Origin: Nitrosopumilus sp.
Lineage (GTDB): Archaea; Thermoproteota; Nitrososphaeria; Nitrososphaerales; Nitrosopumilaceae
Direction of reading: 5' to 3'
Length of the DNA stretch: 64,000 nt
NCBI GenBank assembly: GCA_965218785.1
Contig: OZ244650.1
Span: 736,001 to 800,000, forward strand
The number at the start of each line of letters is the position of its first letter. Position 1 is the first letter of the stretch. Made by a program: the position numbers and the translations under genes. A model generated the notes under the pieces. The model had not been told where the DNA came from and did not search any database. It was given only the letters and a program-made list of their open reading frames with translations. Of this stretch, positions 17,913 through 29,190 are shown one piece after another.

Positions 17913-18914
17913 CTATTTTGATAAATGAATGATGTCTCCTGCAAGTATTCTCTCCCCGTTATCTAGTATTAATGCACCATCCTCATCAATCCTGGCTGCC
18001 ATCCCACCGGTTCTTCCGTATGCCGTGTCTAGTTCCACGTTCCTCCCAATCGTTGATGATCTTTTTGTCCATTCTGAAATGATCTTTTTGGTCTGTTTTT
18101 TATTTGGCAGCATCTCGTAGATTTTTTCCAGCTCTATCAAGAATGCCTGAATTAATTCAACGGGCCGGACTTTTTTTCTGTGTTCTGCAAGTGATGCAAC
18201 TCCGTAAAAATTAGGCGAGTCCTTTAGTGTTTTTTCCATCTGTTTTGCATCCACGTCAAAATTTATTCCAACTCCCAGGACAAGATTCTCTATCCTGTTT
18301 GATTCCAATGACGCATCTACTAGTATTCCTGCAACTTTTTTGCCCTTGATGGTCAGATCATTTGGCCATTTCAATTCCGGTGAAATTTTAAATGTTTTCT
18401 CCAATGCGTTTGCCAATGCCAGTGATGATGCAATTGGAAACAGCGTGGTAATTGAAATATCTGATTTTGGACGTAAAATTATTGAAAACCATATGCCGCC
18501 TTTGGGTGAAATCCATTTTCTGCCTGCCCTTCCCCTGCCGCCTGTCTGTTTTGCGGCAACTATTATCGTACCATCCTCTGCAGATTCACCTGCCATTTTT
18601 AACGCCTGATCCTGGGTGGAATCAACTGAATCAAAATAGCATGCCCGCTGGCCGATAACTCTTGTCTTAAGACCGGCGGTAATCTCCCATGGAAAAAGTG
18701 AGTCTGAATTGGCCGTCAGCTTGTAGCCTAACTTTTGTTTTGACTCTACGGTGTATCCTAACTCCTGAATCTTTTTGATATGTTTCCACACTGCGACCCT
18801 GCTTATTCTTAAAACATCGCTCAAATCCTGCCCTGATAAATACTCTGTATTGTGGGTCTGCAGAAACGTTAGAACCTTTACCAATCCCGGATTATCATAT
18901 GAATTATAAATCAA
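17913..18914 (-). CDS. birA: Bifunctional biotin--[acetyl-CoA carboxylase] ligase/repressor
   Basis: HTH (SRVAVWKHI), GRGRAGRKW, KWPND, KVAGIL; start placed at TTG 18914 (ORF track extends to 18950). Confidence 0.95.
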   Translation of the reverse strand: MIYNSYDNPGLVKVLTFLQTHNTEYLSGQDLSDVLRISRVAVWKHIKKIQELGYTVESKQKLGYKLTANSDSLFPWEITAGLKTRVIGQRACYFDSVDSTQDQALKMAGESAEDGTIIVAAKQTGGRGRAGRKWISPKGGIWFSIILRPKSDISITTLFPIASSLALANALEKTFKISPELKWPNDLTIKGKKVAGILVDASLESNRIENLVLGVGINFDVDAKQMEKTLKDSPNFYGVASLAEHRKKVRPVELIQAFLIELEKIYEMLPNKKQTKKIISEWTKRSSTIGRNVELDTAYGRTGGMAARIDEDGALILDNGERILAGDIIHLSK

Positions 18915-18949
18915 CTGCTGTTTGTTTTTAATCCAAGTATAAAATTGCA

Positions 18950-19459
18950 CTAGAATCCGATATCAAAATCAAATCCGCCGTCATCCATGCCGCCGCCATC
19001 TGTGCCTCCGTCTGCACCTTCTGCTGGCATGTTTTCTGCTGGCACGTAATCTGATATTACAGCGCCCATCATTGTAAACATCATTGAGAACATCACCATA
19101 TCCATTATGCCAAAAAACATCATCGTGGGAAGCACGCCCTTGTTCTCATTCATGACCTGCTGGAGTTTTTGCTTGTTCCCCGTTTTGTAAATCTGTGACA
19201 TGTCGCTCCACTTTTCTTGCAGTTCATGAATCCGCTCATCTATCTCCCTGGAACCTTTGTCTGTGACTGTCAGTTCTATCTTTTGACCAAACAACCCCTT
19301 TTTTTCTAGCACCTGAATGAATCCACGCCCTTCTAATTTCTCCAAAATGGCATTGATCTCTTTGGGCTCGATCTGTGTTGTTTTTTGAATCATGTCAAAT
19401 CTTTTTGCGCCGCGTCTGATTGCGCCCAAAATTATTACATCCTTTGCCTCTGACTCCAT
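18950..19459 (-). CDS. MarR-like wHTH protein with Met-rich hydrophobic segment and acidic Gly tail
   Basis: INAILEKLEGRGFI...VTDKG; MMFFGIMDMVMFSMMF; GGMDDGGFDFDIGF. Confidence 0.8.
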   Translation of the reverse strand: MESEAKDVIILGAIRRGAKRFDMIQKTTQIEPKEINAILEKLEGRGFIQVLEKKGLFGQKIELTVTDKGSREIDERIHELQEKWSDMSQIYKTGNKQKLQQVMNENKGVLPTMMFFGIMDMVMFSMMFTMMGAVISDYVPAENMPAEGADGGTDGGGMDDGGFDFDIGF

Positions 19460-19544
19460 GATTTGGTGTATTTGGGAGTCTTAAAATATTCTTTGCTTTC
19501 CTCGACGTTTAAAAATTATATTCGGCTTTTCTGCGTTGTTTTGC

Positions 19545-19958
19545 ATGGAGCAGGACCATCACACAGATGAGCAGATACGTGATATTTTGTCCCTGAAGAG
19601 GATCGCTGTAATAGGAATGTCTAAAAACCCATCAAAAGCGGCACACCGTGTTCCAAAGTATCTCTCTGATAACGGATATGACATCATTCCTGTAAATCCG
19701 ACTGCCCGTGAGATCCTGGGGAAGAGGTGCTATGACTCTGTTTTAGAGATAAACGATGATATTGACATTGTAGATGTGTTTCGACCATCTGATAAAGTCC
19801 TGACCTTTATCCAAGATGCCATAAAGAAAAAACCCAGGGTAATCTGGCTGCAAGAGGGAATACATAACGCCGAGGCAGAACAGATTGCAAGAGACGAGGG
19901 AATCAGGGTTGTTTTTAACCGATGCATGCTGGCAGAACATCAGAGACTATTGACATGA
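19545..19958 (+). CDS. CoA-binding protein (YccU-like)
   Basis: IAVIGMS, IIPVNP, DIVDVFRP, IWLQEG, NRCM. Confidence 0.93.
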   Translation: MEQDHHTDEQIRDILSLKRIAVIGMSKNPSKAAHRVPKYLSDNGYDIIPVNPTAREILGKRCYDSVLEINDDIDIVDVFRPSDKVLTFIQDAIKKKPRVIWLQEGIHNAEAEQIARDEGIRVVFNRCMLAEHQRLLT

Positions 19959-20320
19959 CTGGTTTTGAAAGTTTTTATCATGAACTGCTTGATCTGGCAA
20001 AAAAACATGAAAAGGAAAACACCCCTCTAAAAATCCAGCAGGATCTTGAAAACGACATCATCAAAATATTTGGCCCGAACATATCCTCGCTGGCAAGGGC
20101 AAAAAACGGACTCGCTGATATAAGCGAACTTGCATATGCAACAGCTGAGCACCATCCCTACTGGAATTTGCTGTATAACTGCTCAGAGATTGCCTCTAGT
20201 GTTTTGGAAAAATGGAAAGACGACCTGTCAGCAGACGACATATCTGATATTGAATGGGCCATCAAGGAACTTTGTCAAACCCTTGAAAAAATCAAAAGCA
20301 AAAATTTTTCAAATTCCTAG
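19955..20320 (+). CDS. Hypothetical protein
   Basis: ATGA overlap with the upstream gene; AEHHPYWNLLY. Confidence 0.75.
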   Translation: MTGFESFYHELLDLAKKHEKENTPLKIQQDLENDIIKIFGPNISSLARAKNGLADISELAYATAEHHPYWNLLYNCSEIASSVLEKWKDDLSADDISDIEWAIKELCQTLEKIKSKNFSNS

Positions 20321-20354
20321 ACAGAGATAAATATTCAAATTCTGCAGTTATTAT

Positions 20355-21566
20355 ATGCCAATCAAGCTTGGTCTAATTGGCAAGACCAATACCGGAAAAA
20401 CAACCTTCTTTAACTCTGCCACGCTGTCTTCCAAAGACATCTCGTCTTATCCGTTTACCACTAAAAAGCCGGTATCTGGAGTGGCGCATGCCGTATCACT
20501 GTGTGTTCATCCGGAATTCAAGGTAAAGGATAATCCAAACAACTCAAAATGCGTTGAAGGCTGGAGATACATTCCAATCGAACTAATCGACCTGCCCGGG
20601 CTCATCAAGGATGCGTGGAAGGGCAAGGGACTGGGAAATCAGTTTCTCTCCATTGCAGCACAATCTGATGCCTTACTTCACGTAGTTGATGCCTCTGGCG
20701 GAATTGATTCGACTGGGAGAATTACCCAGGCCGGAACCGGTGATCCAATCTCTGATTTTGCCGACATCGAGGAGGAATTAATCATGTGGTATCATAAAAT
20801 TTTGGAGGGAAACAGGGACAAGGTATCAAAATCAATCCGAATGGGTCTGGAGATCTCAGATGCAATTACCGATCTTTATCGCGGCATCGGCGTTAACAAA
20901 ACCCATGTTAAAGACACGCTGCTGGCAACTGGAACAGCTGATAAGGATTTTGATGATTTTGACATGACAGATAGCAAGAAATTTGTATCGCATCTGAGAA
21001 AAATCTCAAAACCGACATTGATTGTGGCCAATAAAATCGATGTTGAAGGCGCAGACAAAAATTTTATAAAATTAAGGGAGCGTTACAATGATTCTATCGT
21101 GGTTCCTGCCAGCGGTGACAGTGAATTCAGTCTTAGACGTGCCGAACAAAAAGGGCTCATAAAATACTCCCCCGGTTCTGAGCAGTTTGATATAGTCAGA
21201 TCCGATGAGCTAAACGAAAAGCAGGTCAGCGCATTGAATTCCATCAAGAAGGGAATCATGGGCGAGTATATGCGGACAGGCGTCCAGTTTTCAATCAACG
21301 TGGCCGTTTTCAAACTGCTTAAAATGAACTCAATATACCCTGTCGCCGATGAGAAGAACCTCGCAGATAAAAAGGGCAGAGTCCTCCCTGATCTAATCCT
21401 GTTAAAAAACGGGGCGACAATCAGTGATCTTGCAAAAGAGATCCACTCAGACCTGACAAAGGGCCTTCTTTATGGAAAGGATCTGCGATATAATCTGAGG
21501 CTTCCAGTTGATTACCAGCTAAGAGACAGAGACGTCGTCTCACTAATTAACGCATCAAAAAAATAA
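20355..21566 (+). CDS. ychF: YchF/OLA1-family P-loop NTPase (archaeal type)
   Basis: GKTNTGKT, YPFTT, DLPGL, GLGNQFL, ANKID, C-terminal TGS domain. Confidence 0.93.
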   Translation: MPIKLGLIGKTNTGKTTFFNSATLSSKDISSYPFTTKKPVSGVAHAVSLCVHPEFKVKDNPNNSKCVEGWRYIPIELIDLPGLIKDAWKGKGLGNQFLSIAAQSDALLHVVDASGGIDSTGRITQAGTGDPISDFADIEEELIMWYHKILEGNRDKVSKSIRMGLEISDAITDLYRGIGVNKTHVKDTLLATGTADKDFDDFDMTDSKKFVSHLRKISKPTLIVANKIDVEGADKNFIKLRERYNDSIVVPASGDSEFSLRRAEQKGLIKYSPGSEQFDIVRSDELNEKQVSALNSIKKGIMGEYMRTGVQFSINVAVFKLLKMNSIYPVADEKNLADKKGRVLPDLILLKNGATISDLAKEIHSDLTKGLLYGKDLRYNLRLPVDYQLRDRDVVSLINASKK

Positions 21567-21678
21567 TTGATTTGAGATGCCGCACTATCTGATTTTATTT
21601 GCGGTGATTCAGACCCACGTCTGATGTCCTCCCAACCTGACTGAAATTCCCTGCCACCACTTTCTTGCATGAAATAAC

Positions 21679-22611
21679 CTATCTTGTGATCTTTGAATAA
21701 GACTGCCGGGAGACCTCAATATGATCGAATTTTCCAGGCTGGATGATTTTGGCTAGTATCTCAATTCCCTCCACTGTTCTGATGCTAGGCTTGCTAAAAA
21801 ATGAATTTGCATCTACTGCAAAAACCCTGTCATCTCTTACCGCTCTTAGGGAATTCCATCTTTTATCTTCTGCAAGCGTCTTGCCGTATTCTAGAACCGT
21901 CCGCCCTGTATCAAAACCGCACGGCATCACAATGATCATGTCCGGATCAGATTCGATGATCTCTTGAATGCCCAGACGTCTTGAATGCTCGCCGGTCTTG
22001 CTTATCATGTTGATTCCACCTGCGGCTTGTATCATTTCTGGTATCCAGTGCCCTGCAGTAAATAACGGCTCAATCCATTCTATTGCAAGAATCCTTGGTT
22101 TTTGCATGTTTCTGACTGTGTTGATATTTTGGATTCTCTGCTTCAGGTTAACTGCAACCTGTTCTGCCCGGGGTTCCCTTCCTAAAATCTTTCCAAGTTC
22201 TGTGACAGAGTCTATGATTTCTTGCAAATTATGGGGATCCATGGAATAAACCACTGGTTTTTTTGAAAGAATCCGCACTGCCCTGTCTACCTGGTTATCA
22301 TATGCCGCGCAGACTTTGCATGTCTTTTGTGAAATAATTAAATCCGGTTTTGCATCTTTTAGATTTTTTTCATTTAATACAAAAATATCTTTGCCGTTCT
22401 CTAGCAACTGGCTAGTCATCGCATCAATCTCCGCACTGCTCATCTTCTCTGATGCTATCACCGAACTGATTACCTGTGGTTTTGATGCCGCATCTGGAGG
22501 GTATCTGCATTCATGAGTGACGCCATAAAGCTCATCTTGTGCCCCGAGTTCATATAGTAACTCAGTTGCACTAGGTAAGAATGAGACAATTTTTTTAATC
22601 ATCATCATCAT
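21679..22611 (-). CDS. Cobalamin/iron-siderophore binding protein family (BtuF-like)
   Basis: IVSFLPSATELL, GVTHEC, EWIEPLFTAGHW, FSKPSIR. Confidence 0.88.
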   Translation of the reverse strand: MMMMIKKIVSFLPSATELLYELGAQDELYGVTHECRYPPDAASKPQVISSVIASEKMSSAEIDAMTSQLLENGKDIFVLNEKNLKDAKPDLIISQKTCKVCAAYDNQVDRAVRILSKKPVVYSMDPHNLQEIIDSVTELGKILGREPRAEQVAVNLKQRIQNINTVRNMQKPRILAIEWIEPLFTAGHWIPEMIQAAGGINMISKTGEHSRRLGIQEIIESDPDMIIVMPCGFDTGRTVLEYGKTLAEDKRWNSLRAVRDDRVFAVDANSFFSKPSIRTVEGIEILAKIIQPGKFDHIEVSRQSYSKITR

Positions 22612-22704
22612 CTGATGGCTTTTGATCTTTAAACACCCTGTGTTGACTGATCATCAAAATCACTGATCAGGCAGGGATTAATAGGCATGATTCAGGCACA
22701 AAAC

Positions 22705-23859
22705 ATGTCATCTGATTCCCAGGACATACGGCGCTCAATTTTGGCAAAATGGCACGAATCACTCTCAAAATACGGAAACCTGTTTTCCTCTGATTCCATA
22801 AGTGGAGCTAGCCCCCCGTCTGTCTTTGTAGGCTCTTACAACTATCCCAAGGTCCTTGTTGGTCCGATGGTCCCACCAATACACGGAGATACCAGCCTTC
22901 TTGATAGTCCGGAGAAATGGAAGGGAAAGTCACTTGAGGAAATTGTAAATTTCAGGCTGCGTCTGGTTCGCGGCATACAAAAAATTCCAATCAAGGAAAC
23001 CACCGGAAGATACATCGAGAATCTTCAGCATCTCACAATGTCATCAAGACCAATCGATTCTGATCTGATATTTGAAAAGCCTCCCTCCTCCATATCCCTT
23101 GATGATCAAAGCGCCCCCTTTGGTCCCATCGCCCATCTAAAATCTGCAAAATTTTCTGGCACTACACCGGTAAAATCCATCGAAAAAACATTCTATGACG
23201 GGGATCTAAAGGCGCAGGATGCCGTCTTGAATCTGTACAACTCTGGAATCGAAATTTCTAAGATTCAAAAATGCTTTAGCATTGGAATGCTCGGAGAGAA
23301 AAGAAGACTTGTTCCAACCCGCTGGAGCATCACTGCCACTGATGATATTATCTCCAAATCCCTTTCAGATGAAATCCTGGATTACAGTCTGATTGATTCA
23401 TGCAGGGTTTTCTCCTATCAACATCTGGGAAACGTCTTCTCTGTTGTTTTATTTCCACACCGATGGATATATGAAATGATTGAAGCCTGGTACTCCAATG
23501 GAATACTTGGATTTGGTTCTGATTCTGAGGATGCACGTGGCATAAGTCATCCTCCTGCAATAGCCGGTGCTTATTTTGCAGCTAAACTAGGTGTTGCCGA
23601 ATACCTGTCAAGACAGAAAATCCAGGCAGGCGTCGTGGTTCTCAGGGAGATAAGGCCTGAATATGCGATTCCCGTGGGTGTGTGGCAGGTACGTGAGGGG
23701 ATTCGTGAGGCCATGAGGCAAAATCCTGTCATGGCTGAAAATTTTGATGATGCCCTGCTAATGGCATCAGCCAAGATGAGCATCAGCAAATCTGAATGGC
23801 TCGCTCATGGAAACATCTCAAAATTAGTGAGGCAGAAAACCATGTCTGATTTTTTTTAA
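22705..23859 (+). CDS. nreA: Nre-family DNA repair protein
   Basis: SPPSVFVGSYNYP, RRLVPTRWSITATDD, PVGVWQVRE, C-terminal PIP box QKTMSDFF. Confidence 0.92.
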   Translation: MSSDSQDIRRSILAKWHESLSKYGNLFSSDSISGASPPSVFVGSYNYPKVLVGPMVPPIHGDTSLLDSPEKWKGKSLEEIVNFRLRLVRGIQKIPIKETTGRYIENLQHLTMSSRPIDSDLIFEKPPSSISLDDQSAPFGPIAHLKSAKFSGTTPVKSIEKTFYDGDLKAQDAVLNLYNSGIEISKIQKCFSIGMLGEKRRLVPTRWSITATDDIISKSLSDEILDYSLIDSCRVFSYQHLGNVFSVVLFPHRWIYEMIEAWYSNGILGFGSDSEDARGISHPPAIAGAYFAAKLGVAEYLSRQKIQAGVVVLREIRPEYAIPVGVWQVREGIREAMRQNPVMAENFDDALLMASAKMSISKSEWLAHGNISKLVRQKTMSDFF

Positions 23860-24267
23860 TTGCCCTGCATTACTTTCTTTAACAGTTTGAAGAGTCAAGA
23901 GAGTATTTTGAGGGAACAACAGCATCAAATTTTATCTTGCTTTGTATTATTCCTGCACCCAACAATGACTGGATGGCATGCCTGTCTTTAATTTTTTTAT
24001 CAGCCGCTGGCCGTTTTTTAGGTTATCATCAAGGGTTATCGAAACTAGCCACCCTGCATTGTTTTTAATCCAGTCTGGAATTTCAGCATAAGAATACTTG
24101 ATGATATGCCAGTATTAGTGCGGCTGACCAAAACTCTCATCATCCGGATATCGACTAATATTTAATCGTGTTAATTTATGGTGCCAACTCTGGATATGGT
24201 GTTTTTGCCGATCTACCCCCAAAAGAGAGGGCATAAATTCTGGATTTTAAATAAAAAAAATGAAATT

Positions 24268-25020
24268 ATGAGCGCTGAAACTGAAGACACCTTCTCCAAC
24301 TATGGTGTTTATACCGTTAGTGACAGTCTTGAACTCTCACTTCCCAACACGCTGATCAAAATTCAGCGAATAGGAGAAAACGTCTTTTCATACTTTAGAA
24401 GGGATTCTGAGGGAAGGATTGCTGAAAAAATGATTCCTGTAAAATCCAATGAAATTCAAATTGAGGTGGCGCCAATACGTCCGCTTAATCATCCTGCCAG
24501 GAGAACAGGCCATATCTTTTTAAAATTTGACAAGGATATCCATCTCGGCGAGAATTCAGCTGCTAGTATCTTTGTTCATTGTCCAATTGAGATTGGAGTT
24601 TTCCTAGTTTATGGTGCAAGCCGGGAATCTTTGGACTGGGTTACATGCAGTCCTGTAAATTCCAGATTCGGCCTTTATGGTCCGCCTGACACTGGCACAC
24701 TATGCAAGTATGCCAAGGTGTCACTGGCAACTGATTATGGCGATTCGGTTTCATATGTTCAATGCGTTATGAAAATCATCATTGAAAATACCCTGAAAAC
24801 CGGACAAACGGTAAGTAAGGTAGTCTTTCCAATCACTGATAACTCGCTGTACTATCAAGGCTCAAAAACGATAATTGACGGCATCAAAGTCACTCTCCGG
24901 AAGAGGGCTGCAGTCAACATTGCCGATGTCAAAACCGATCCTGCTGGTACGGATTGGGTCAAATCCCCGACATGGGAAGACACCACTGTTAGCACCACTA
25001 TGGAGATGGGTCTGGAGTAA
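24268..25020 (+). CDS. DUF432-family protein
   Basis: PIRPLNHP, PIEIGV, LYGPPDTGTLCKY; coupled to MscS. Confidence 0.8.
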   Translation: MSAETEDTFSNYGVYTVSDSLELSLPNTLIKIQRIGENVFSYFRRDSEGRIAEKMIPVKSNEIQIEVAPIRPLNHPARRTGHIFLKFDKDIHLGENSAASIFVHCPIEIGVFLVYGASRESLDWVTCSPVNSRFGLYGPPDTGTLCKYAKVSLATDYGDSVSYVQCVMKIIIENTLKTGQTVSKVVFPITDNSLYYQGSKTIIDGIKVTLRKRAAVNIADVKTDPAGTDWVKSPTWEDTTVSTTMEMGLE

Positions 25021-25844
25021 TGCCTTTGGAATTCCTTCAGGGTCTATCTGAGATGCAAATTATCGGCGAACTGACCGTTCTTTCACTGTTAATTGGGGGA
25101 ATCATCATGGCAGTCGGAGTCATTATTGCCAAGATTGCCAAACTGCTGTTTCATAAGTATTACGCGCCGACACTGCCAAAAGATACCGCGCAAAATCTCA
25201 GCAAGCTGATCTATTTTGGAATAGTAATACTCTCGTTTCTGGCATTCACATCAAGCCAGGGAATTGATCTATCCGGTCTAATTGTCGCAGGAGGAATTTT
25301 TGCAGTGGTGATTGGATTTGCGACACAGTCCGTCGTGTCCAACCTGATTTCGGGAATCTTCCTCATCGTTGAAAAGCCTGCAAAACATGGGGATACAATT
25401 CATCTGCCTGACATGGGAATCTATGGTACCCTGCTAGATATTGGAACCTTTTCTAGCATGGTTAGAAAATTTGATGGGACCATAATCCGAATTCCAAACG
25501 AAAAGTTCTTCACATCAAACATACGATCCCTTGCCGTCTCGACTGTCAGACGTGCTGATGCCACAGTCGGAATTTCCTACAAAACCAACATTGATCATGC
25601 GGTATCTGCAATAAAAAAGGAGATTGAGATCGCCATGCCTTTTGTACTCTGTATTCCTGAACCTGAATTTAGAGTAAACGAGCTTGGCGACTCTAGTGTA
25701 AATATCCAGATACTGGTATGGTATCCCAGGGATGACTGGAGCCTGGTTCAGCCGGTTTTGCTTACCACGATAAAGCGCGCACTGGATAATGCAGGCATTG
25801 AAATTCCATTTCCACAACGCGTTATCTGGGGTGCAAAGGACTAG
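25020..25844 (+). CDS. mscS: Small-conductance mechanosensitive channel
   Basis: IGFATQSVVSNLISG, IRIPNE, LGDSSVN, GIEIPFPQR. Confidence 0.95.
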   Translation: MPLEFLQGLSEMQIIGELTVLSLLIGGIIMAVGVIIAKIAKLLFHKYYAPTLPKDTAQNLSKLIYFGIVILSFLAFTSSQGIDLSGLIVAGGIFAVVIGFATQSVVSNLISGIFLIVEKPAKHGDTIHLPDMGIYGTLLDIGTFSSMVRKFDGTIIRIPNEKFFTSNIRSLAVSTVRRADATVGISYKTNIDHAVSAIKKEIEIAMPFVLCIPEPEFRVNELGDSSVNIQILVWYPRDDWSLVQPVLLTTIKRALDNAGIEIPFPQRVIWGAKD

Positions 25845-25847
25845 TTG

Positions 25848-26126
25848 TTACTGTGTTGAGACCTGCCTGCTGCTTTTTTGTCTTTTTCTGATCAGACTAA
25901 ACATTATCATTCCGACATTGATGATTGAAACGATTTCAATCAGGTCCACCCCGTACAGGAACCAATCGATAACCGGATGAACCCTGGATATGATTCCTGC
26001 CTCCAGCATGATATCTGCATTCCAAACCATGTGTGGGATCTGAATGAACTGTATTACTGCAATGATAACTATGCTTCCCAGGATCTTATTCTCGTACCAC
26101 TTCCAGAACTTGTTCCATGGATTCAT
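25848..26126 (-). CDS. Small membrane protein
   Basis: 92 aa, two hydrophobic segments; QIPHMVW, YGVDLIE. Confidence 0.75.
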   Translation of the reverse strand: MNPWNKFWKWYENKILGSIVIIAVIQFIQIPHMVWNADIMLEAGIISRVHPVIDWFLYGVDLIEIVSIINVGMIMFSLIRKRQKSSRQVSTQ

Positions 26127-26557
26127 GATGTTCCTTGATGCTCAATTCTATTAAACACTGTGAAAATTAGATTCGACTAATTAAGACGGACTAATTTTTT
26201 TACGCATAAATTCTTCATTTAAAATATGCAACTTTTCCGTCTTTTTTTCTAATGATGATATACCTCCTAGATGAGTTTCCACATCTGAAATGATCTGATC
26301 AAACTTACTTTAGAATTTTTGCAGAGACGGCCCTTGATTTTGCAGGTGACTGATTTTGTGTGACCGTTCTGGTGACCTGTCATCAAACTATCTTCTGCAA
26401 CACCTGCATCAATGTTGAAATTGCACTCGTGTGACTGTCTTTAATTTCTGATATTTAACAGATGGAACATGTTCCTAGTGCCAATGCCTCACTAGCAAAA
26501 AAATGACTTGCCAGTCATGGCGCAACAATTCCTAGAACCACTGCCATATCTGCTTTT

Positions 26558-27946
26558 TTAACTTTCGGCCTTGATGTGTTCTTTTTTCATCCAGATCGTC
26601 CTATCTTTATGATCAATTAATTCGACATTCATCTCGTTTAGCCTGTCACGAATCTCATCTGCGTCTGCAAACTGCCTTTTCTTTCTTAGTTCCTCCCTGC
26701 CTTGAATCATCTCGTCTATCTTGTGCTTTTCATCTTTAGTCATTTCTGGAATGCTCAATCCCAAGACATTCATCATCCTCTCAAATTCTATCTTGATAAT
26801 TCGTGCATCCACACCTCCGAGTATTCCCTCTGCTGCCAGTCTGTTTGATTCCCTGACAAGCTGGAAGAACGCCGATAATGCAAGATGCGTGTTAAAATTG
26901 CCTTCTAGCGCGTCATCAAATCCGGTTTTTGCATTTTTGATAATTCTGTCTGATTCCCCCCGGTTTTCATTATCTGCGTGTAATAATTCGTAATAGCACG
27001 TTTCAACCTGCCTCCACTTTGTGAGATTTTCCTTCAAGAGTTCCTCTGAATAGTCAATCGGTTTTGAATAGTGTCCTGACAGACAAAACAGCCTGATGAT
27101 GTTGGGTCCCCAGTCTTCTAATACGCGTCTGATTGATTTTATATTTCCAAGGGATTTTGACATCTTTTCGCCGTTAATTGTTACCATTCCTACATGCATC
27201 CAAATCTTTGCAAACTGTGAGCCTGTATAACATTCGGACTGTGCAATCTCGTTTTCATGGTGGGGAAAGATCAAATCCCGCCCGCCCCCGTGAATATCAA
27301 AATTTTCTCCAAGATACTTTATGCTCATCGCCGAGCATTCCACATGCCATCCGGGCCTGCCTTTACCCCACGGGCTGCTCCATACGGGTTCCACATCTGA
27401 GAACTTCCACAATGCAAAATCCAACGGATTGTTTTTTGACTCGTCTATCTCAATTCTGGCCCCTGACTGGAGATCGTCTGTCTTTTTTTTTGATAGTTTT
27501 CCGTATTCGGAGAACTTTGAGACTGAAAAATAAACCCCGTTCTTTGAGGCGTATGCGTACTCTTTCTCAACTAGCCCTTTGATGAACTCGATGATATCCT
27601 CTATGTGCTCTGTGGCCTTTGGATAACCTGTTGCACGTTTTACATTTAATTCATCAAAATCCTCAAAGTAATTCTTGATGTACCTCTCACTGACTGCCTT
27701 TGCAGGTACGTTCTCTGTCTTTGCACGGCTGATTATTTTATCATCCACGTCTGTAAAGTTTTGAACAAACTCGATCTCTGCCCCCTTTGATTCGATGTAT
27801 CTTCTTAGCACGTCAAAGACTATGATGGTTCTGGCATGACCGACATGTGATTCATCATAAACTGTCACCCCGCACAGGTAGATTCTGATCTTTTTTGAAA
27901 CATCCAGCCTCTGCTCGGAATTTGTCAGCGTATCTTGAAGATTCAT
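26558..27946 (-). CDS. cysS: Cysteine--tRNA ligase
   Basis: CGVTVYD, HVGH, GRPGWHVEC, FPHHENE, KMSKS. Confidence 0.98.
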   Translation of the reverse strand: MNLQDTLTNSEQRLDVSKKIRIYLCGVTVYDESHVGHARTIIVFDVLRRYIESKGAEIEFVQNFTDVDDKIISRAKTENVPAKAVSERYIKNYFEDFDELNVKRATGYPKATEHIEDIIEFIKGLVEKEYAYASKNGVYFSVSKFSEYGKLSKKKTDDLQSGARIEIDESKNNPLDFALWKFSDVEPVWSSPWGKGRPGWHVECSAMSIKYLGENFDIHGGGRDLIFPHHENEIAQSECYTGSQFAKIWMHVGMVTINGEKMSKSLGNIKSIRRVLEDWGPNIIRLFCLSGHYSKPIDYSEELLKENLTKWRQVETCYYELLHADNENRGESDRIIKNAKTGFDDALEGNFNTHLALSAFFQLVRESNRLAAEGILGGVDARIIKIEFERMMNVLGLSIPEMTKDEKHKIDEMIQGREELRKKRQFADADEIRDRLNEMNVELIDHKDRTIWMKKEHIKAES

Positions 27947-28740
27947 CTCTGCTTCCTGTCTGGTTTTTGTTCTGGCAGTCTTTTATGTTCGCTGTTTTTG
28001 TTTAATTCAACAATCTTCTCCACAACCTTCTTTTCAATCTGGCTTATCTCTGCTGTCTTGTCAACTGATAATTTTTTCTCAAACAGGCAGTACAGGATGG
28101 AGTCTATCTCCTCATAAGACATACCCAGCTCGCCTTCTGCCTCGTGGTCTTTCCATAAATGGGGGCTGCTCTTTTTTGAAATGATTTCCTCTGATATTCC
28201 AAGATGTCTTGCAATCTCCCTTACCTGCAACTTGTATAGCGAGATAATCGGGGTAAGATCCGATGCGCCGTCTCCAAACTTTGTAAAATATCCTATCAGG
28301 TGTTCACTCCTGTCACTGGAACCCAAGACCAGGTAATTTTTGATGTTTGCATAATAATACAGGATGTTGGTTCTGATTCTTGCGCGAAGGTTTCCTCTGG
28401 CCTTCTCACTGGGTTCGAGATACATGGAATACTCGTTTACAATCGGCTTGATATCAATCAACTTGTATTTTATTCCTGTCAGTGCAATCACCCGAAGTGC
28501 GTCCTGTGTCTCTATCTCCGGCGTAACTGACGTATCTGGCATGATTAGTGCCGTGGTATCTTCTTTTAGTTTTGATTTGCACAGGTATGCCAGGACTGCC
28601 GAATCAATCCCCCCGCTCAGCCCCAGGATGACCCCCTGAGATTGATTCTTTGTTATCTGCTCTAGGATGAACTCCTGGATTGTTTCTGTGATCTCCGAAT
28701 AATCCTGATTCTTGATCTCATTTATGATGTCCTGATTCAA
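27943..28740 (-). CDS. nadE: NH3-dependent NAD+ synthetase
   Basis: GLSGGIDS, GNLRARIR, GYFTKFGDG. Confidence 0.97.
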   Translation of the reverse strand: MNQDIINEIKNQDYSEITETIQEFILEQITKNQSQGVILGLSGGIDSAVLAYLCKSKLKEDTTALIMPDTSVTPEIETQDALRVIALTGIKYKLIDIKPIVNEYSMYLEPSEKARGNLRARIRTNILYYYANIKNYLVLGSSDRSEHLIGYFTKFGDGASDLTPIISLYKLQVREIARHLGISEEIISKKSSPHLWKDHEAEGELGMSYEEIDSILYCLFEKKLSVDKTAEISQIEKKVVEKIVELNKNSEHKRLPEQKPDRKQR

Positions 28741-29190
28741 TAATTGTTTTTCATACTGCGGGAATAAAACTTATGCCTGATATAGTAAAGACGGCGTTCC
28801 TATCAAATACTAGGTAAGTGCTTGGGTGTCTTGACTTGTAAGTTGATGTGTCTTGCGAAATTATCCCAAAAACATCTGATCGCAAAATCATAACTTGGAA
28901 GAATTCGTCTGGAAGAAGAGAGCTACTCAGCAAGATGCTGCTGCATCGGACCCGTTAGATGTGAAAGAGCTATGAGATGACGGTGGTTCTGGTGCAAAAC
29001 AGTGATTATATAATCAGATACGCCAGTCTTTAATTTTTCAATCCGGCAAAGATCATATTTGGGGTAACATTTCACAAAACATCCGGGGCTTTACAATAGT
29101 CAAAACACCTGCCAACTTGTCAGAGCAGGCATTCTAATCTGGGAATACTGACATGGAGTGCTGATTGTTAAATTTATCATCTGTTTTTTC

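Noticed and set aside
22612-22700. Cobalamin riboswitch upstream of the BtuF-like gene
   Set aside because: The interval is too short and shows no B12-box or other recognisable core.
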